Shown here in pieces: positions 26,208 through 27,154 of a stretch of DNA of 27,154 nucleotides. Each line of letters opens with the position of its first letter. Position 1 is the first letter of the stretch. The stretch comes from Candidatus Hermodarchaeota archaeon (lineage in GTDB: Archaea; Asgardarchaeota; Hermodarchaeia; Hermodarchaeales; Hermodarchaeaceae): positions 1 through 27,154 of the forward strand of contig JAEOTO010000024.1 in assembly GCA_016839805.1 (NCBI GenBank). The letters run 5' to 3'. A program made the translations under genes and the position numbers. The notes beneath the pieces were generated by a model. It did no database searches, was not told the DNA's origin, and saw only the letters and a list, made by a program, of their open reading frames with translations.

Positions 26208-26330
26208 ATGCCGTTATCATGGATTCAACAAGCAGTCCGGCAGTGGCTGGCAAAAAACCGTGCAGAGCAGATACGACAAAACCAAGCCAACATCCAGGCA
26301 CTCACCAAAGACGAACCCATCAATAACTAA
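26208..26330 (+). CDS. Putative 40-aa small protein
   Basis: MPLSWIQQAVRQWLAKNRAEQ...; GGAGAG upstream, TTTTAAA TATA at 26150-26156; fills an otherwise empty gap. Confidence 0.35.
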   Translation: MPLSWIQQAVRQWLAKNRAEQIRQNQANIQALTKDEPINN

Positions 26331-26399
26331 GGTTTTGACAATTAACAGATATGAGATCTGAACAATTTCAAGCTAATGCAGGGCAATAACCAACTTGGC

Positions 26400-27154
26400 T
26401 TAACTACCTGACGCCTCAATGATCCGCGGAATGAGTTCTTCCCATTTCACCGCCATAATATGACACCCAGCGGCTTGGGTCGTCTTCCGAATTTCTTTGA
26501 TAATTTCACCAAAATACTCGACATTCATTTCAGCAATCGTTTCCTTCCGCTTTGGTTTGTCTTCGATTTTTTGCAATTCCTTTAATTGATTAAGCAGATC
26601 GGGTGGAATTGTTACGCCTGGCACGAAATCATCCATCCACTTTCCAATTTTATAGCTCTTGAGAGGGAAGATGCCAATCAGTGTGGGGACTTTGGTGTGT
26701 TTGATGGCTTTCATGAATTCCTTTGCGCTTTCAATTTCGAAGACAACTTGGGTCTGTGCGAATTCTGCACCGACGGATTCTTTGCGTTCGAGCTTCAGTA
26801 TTTCAGGTTCTAAGGGGACTGCACCAGGATTGATGGCAACACCAACATGGAACTTGGGTGGGTGCTCGATCTCGTGTCCATTGAGATCGACTCCTTCATC
26901 AGTAATTTTGCGGATGAGTGCGGTGAGGCTGGCTGAATCGAGGTCAAATACTGGCTTCGCTTCGGGTTGGTCGCCTAAACTGGGGTGGTCACCGGTGAGT
27001 GAGAGGATGTTCTTGATACCGAGTGCTCCTGCGGCGAGGAGATCGGCAAACATGGCGAGCCGGTTGCGGTCCCGGCAGGTCATTTGACAGACGGCTTCTA
27101 GACCTGCTATTTCTTGTATCATGTAGGAGGGGGCGAGTGAGTTCATGTAGGCGA
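26400..27154 (-). CDS. metF: Methylenetetrahydrofolate reductase (5' end outside the window)
   Basis: QMTCRDRNR, LTGDHP, VFDLDS, GAEFAQTQ, GCHIMA; frame stays open to the window edge (..AYMNSLA). Confidence 0.92.
   Translation of the reverse strand, partial: AYMNSLAPSYMIQEIAGLEAVCQMTCRDRNRLAMFADLLAAGALGIKNILSLTGDHPSLGDQPEAKPVFDLDSASLTALIRKITDEGVDLNGHEIEHPPKFHVGVAINPGAVPLEPEILKLERKESVGAEFAQTQVVFEIESAKEFMKAIKHTKVPTLIGIFPLKSYKIGKWMDDFVPGVTIPPDLLNQLKELQKIEDKPKRKETIAEMNVEYFGEIIKEIRKTTQAAGCHIMAVKWEELIPRIIEASGS

Noticed and set aside
1-27154. CRISPR arrays, rRNA genes, IS elements, defence systems
   Set aside because: No regularly spaced repeats, rRNA-like sequence, transposase or recognisable defence gene; intergenic gaps are all under about 300 bp.

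Overview
Gene-dense archaeal chromosomal segment, most likely from an Asgard archaeon. That assignment is inferred from eS26, TrmY, an archaeal ThrRS editing domain, CofD, a MesC-type methionine synthase, a giant single-pass membrane protein with a longin-like cytoplasmic domain and a CINP/C1orf109-like protein. Most genes are housekeeping: a PhoU/TrkA-C pair, a CDP-alcohol phosphatidyltransferase, a PadR regulator, trmY, rps26e, three alpha-D-phosphohexomutase paralogs plus archaeal GlmU, cysS, cofD with an FbiB-C-like nitroreductase, tRNA-Cys(GCA), apgM, a nucleoside phosphorylase-family gene, a DASS/SLC13 transporter, an AbrB-PhoU regulator, MesC-like MetE and a partial MTHFR. The strongest candidate for novelty is the 236-aa helical ORF at 6652-7362. 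It combines motifs of both eukaryotic AFG2/SPATA5 adaptor proteins, C1orf109 (AIRIM) and CINP, and may be a pre-duplication ancestor of the 55LCC adaptors. Also notable are a 1.36-kaa receptor-like protein (Ig-like ectodomain, TM, longin, wHTH), a free-standing multi-HTH LAGLIDADG protein, a catalytically divergent phosphohexomutase and two structured 5' leaders. No CRISPR array, rRNA or IS element was seen. All family calls come from motif recognition by eye; no database search was run.
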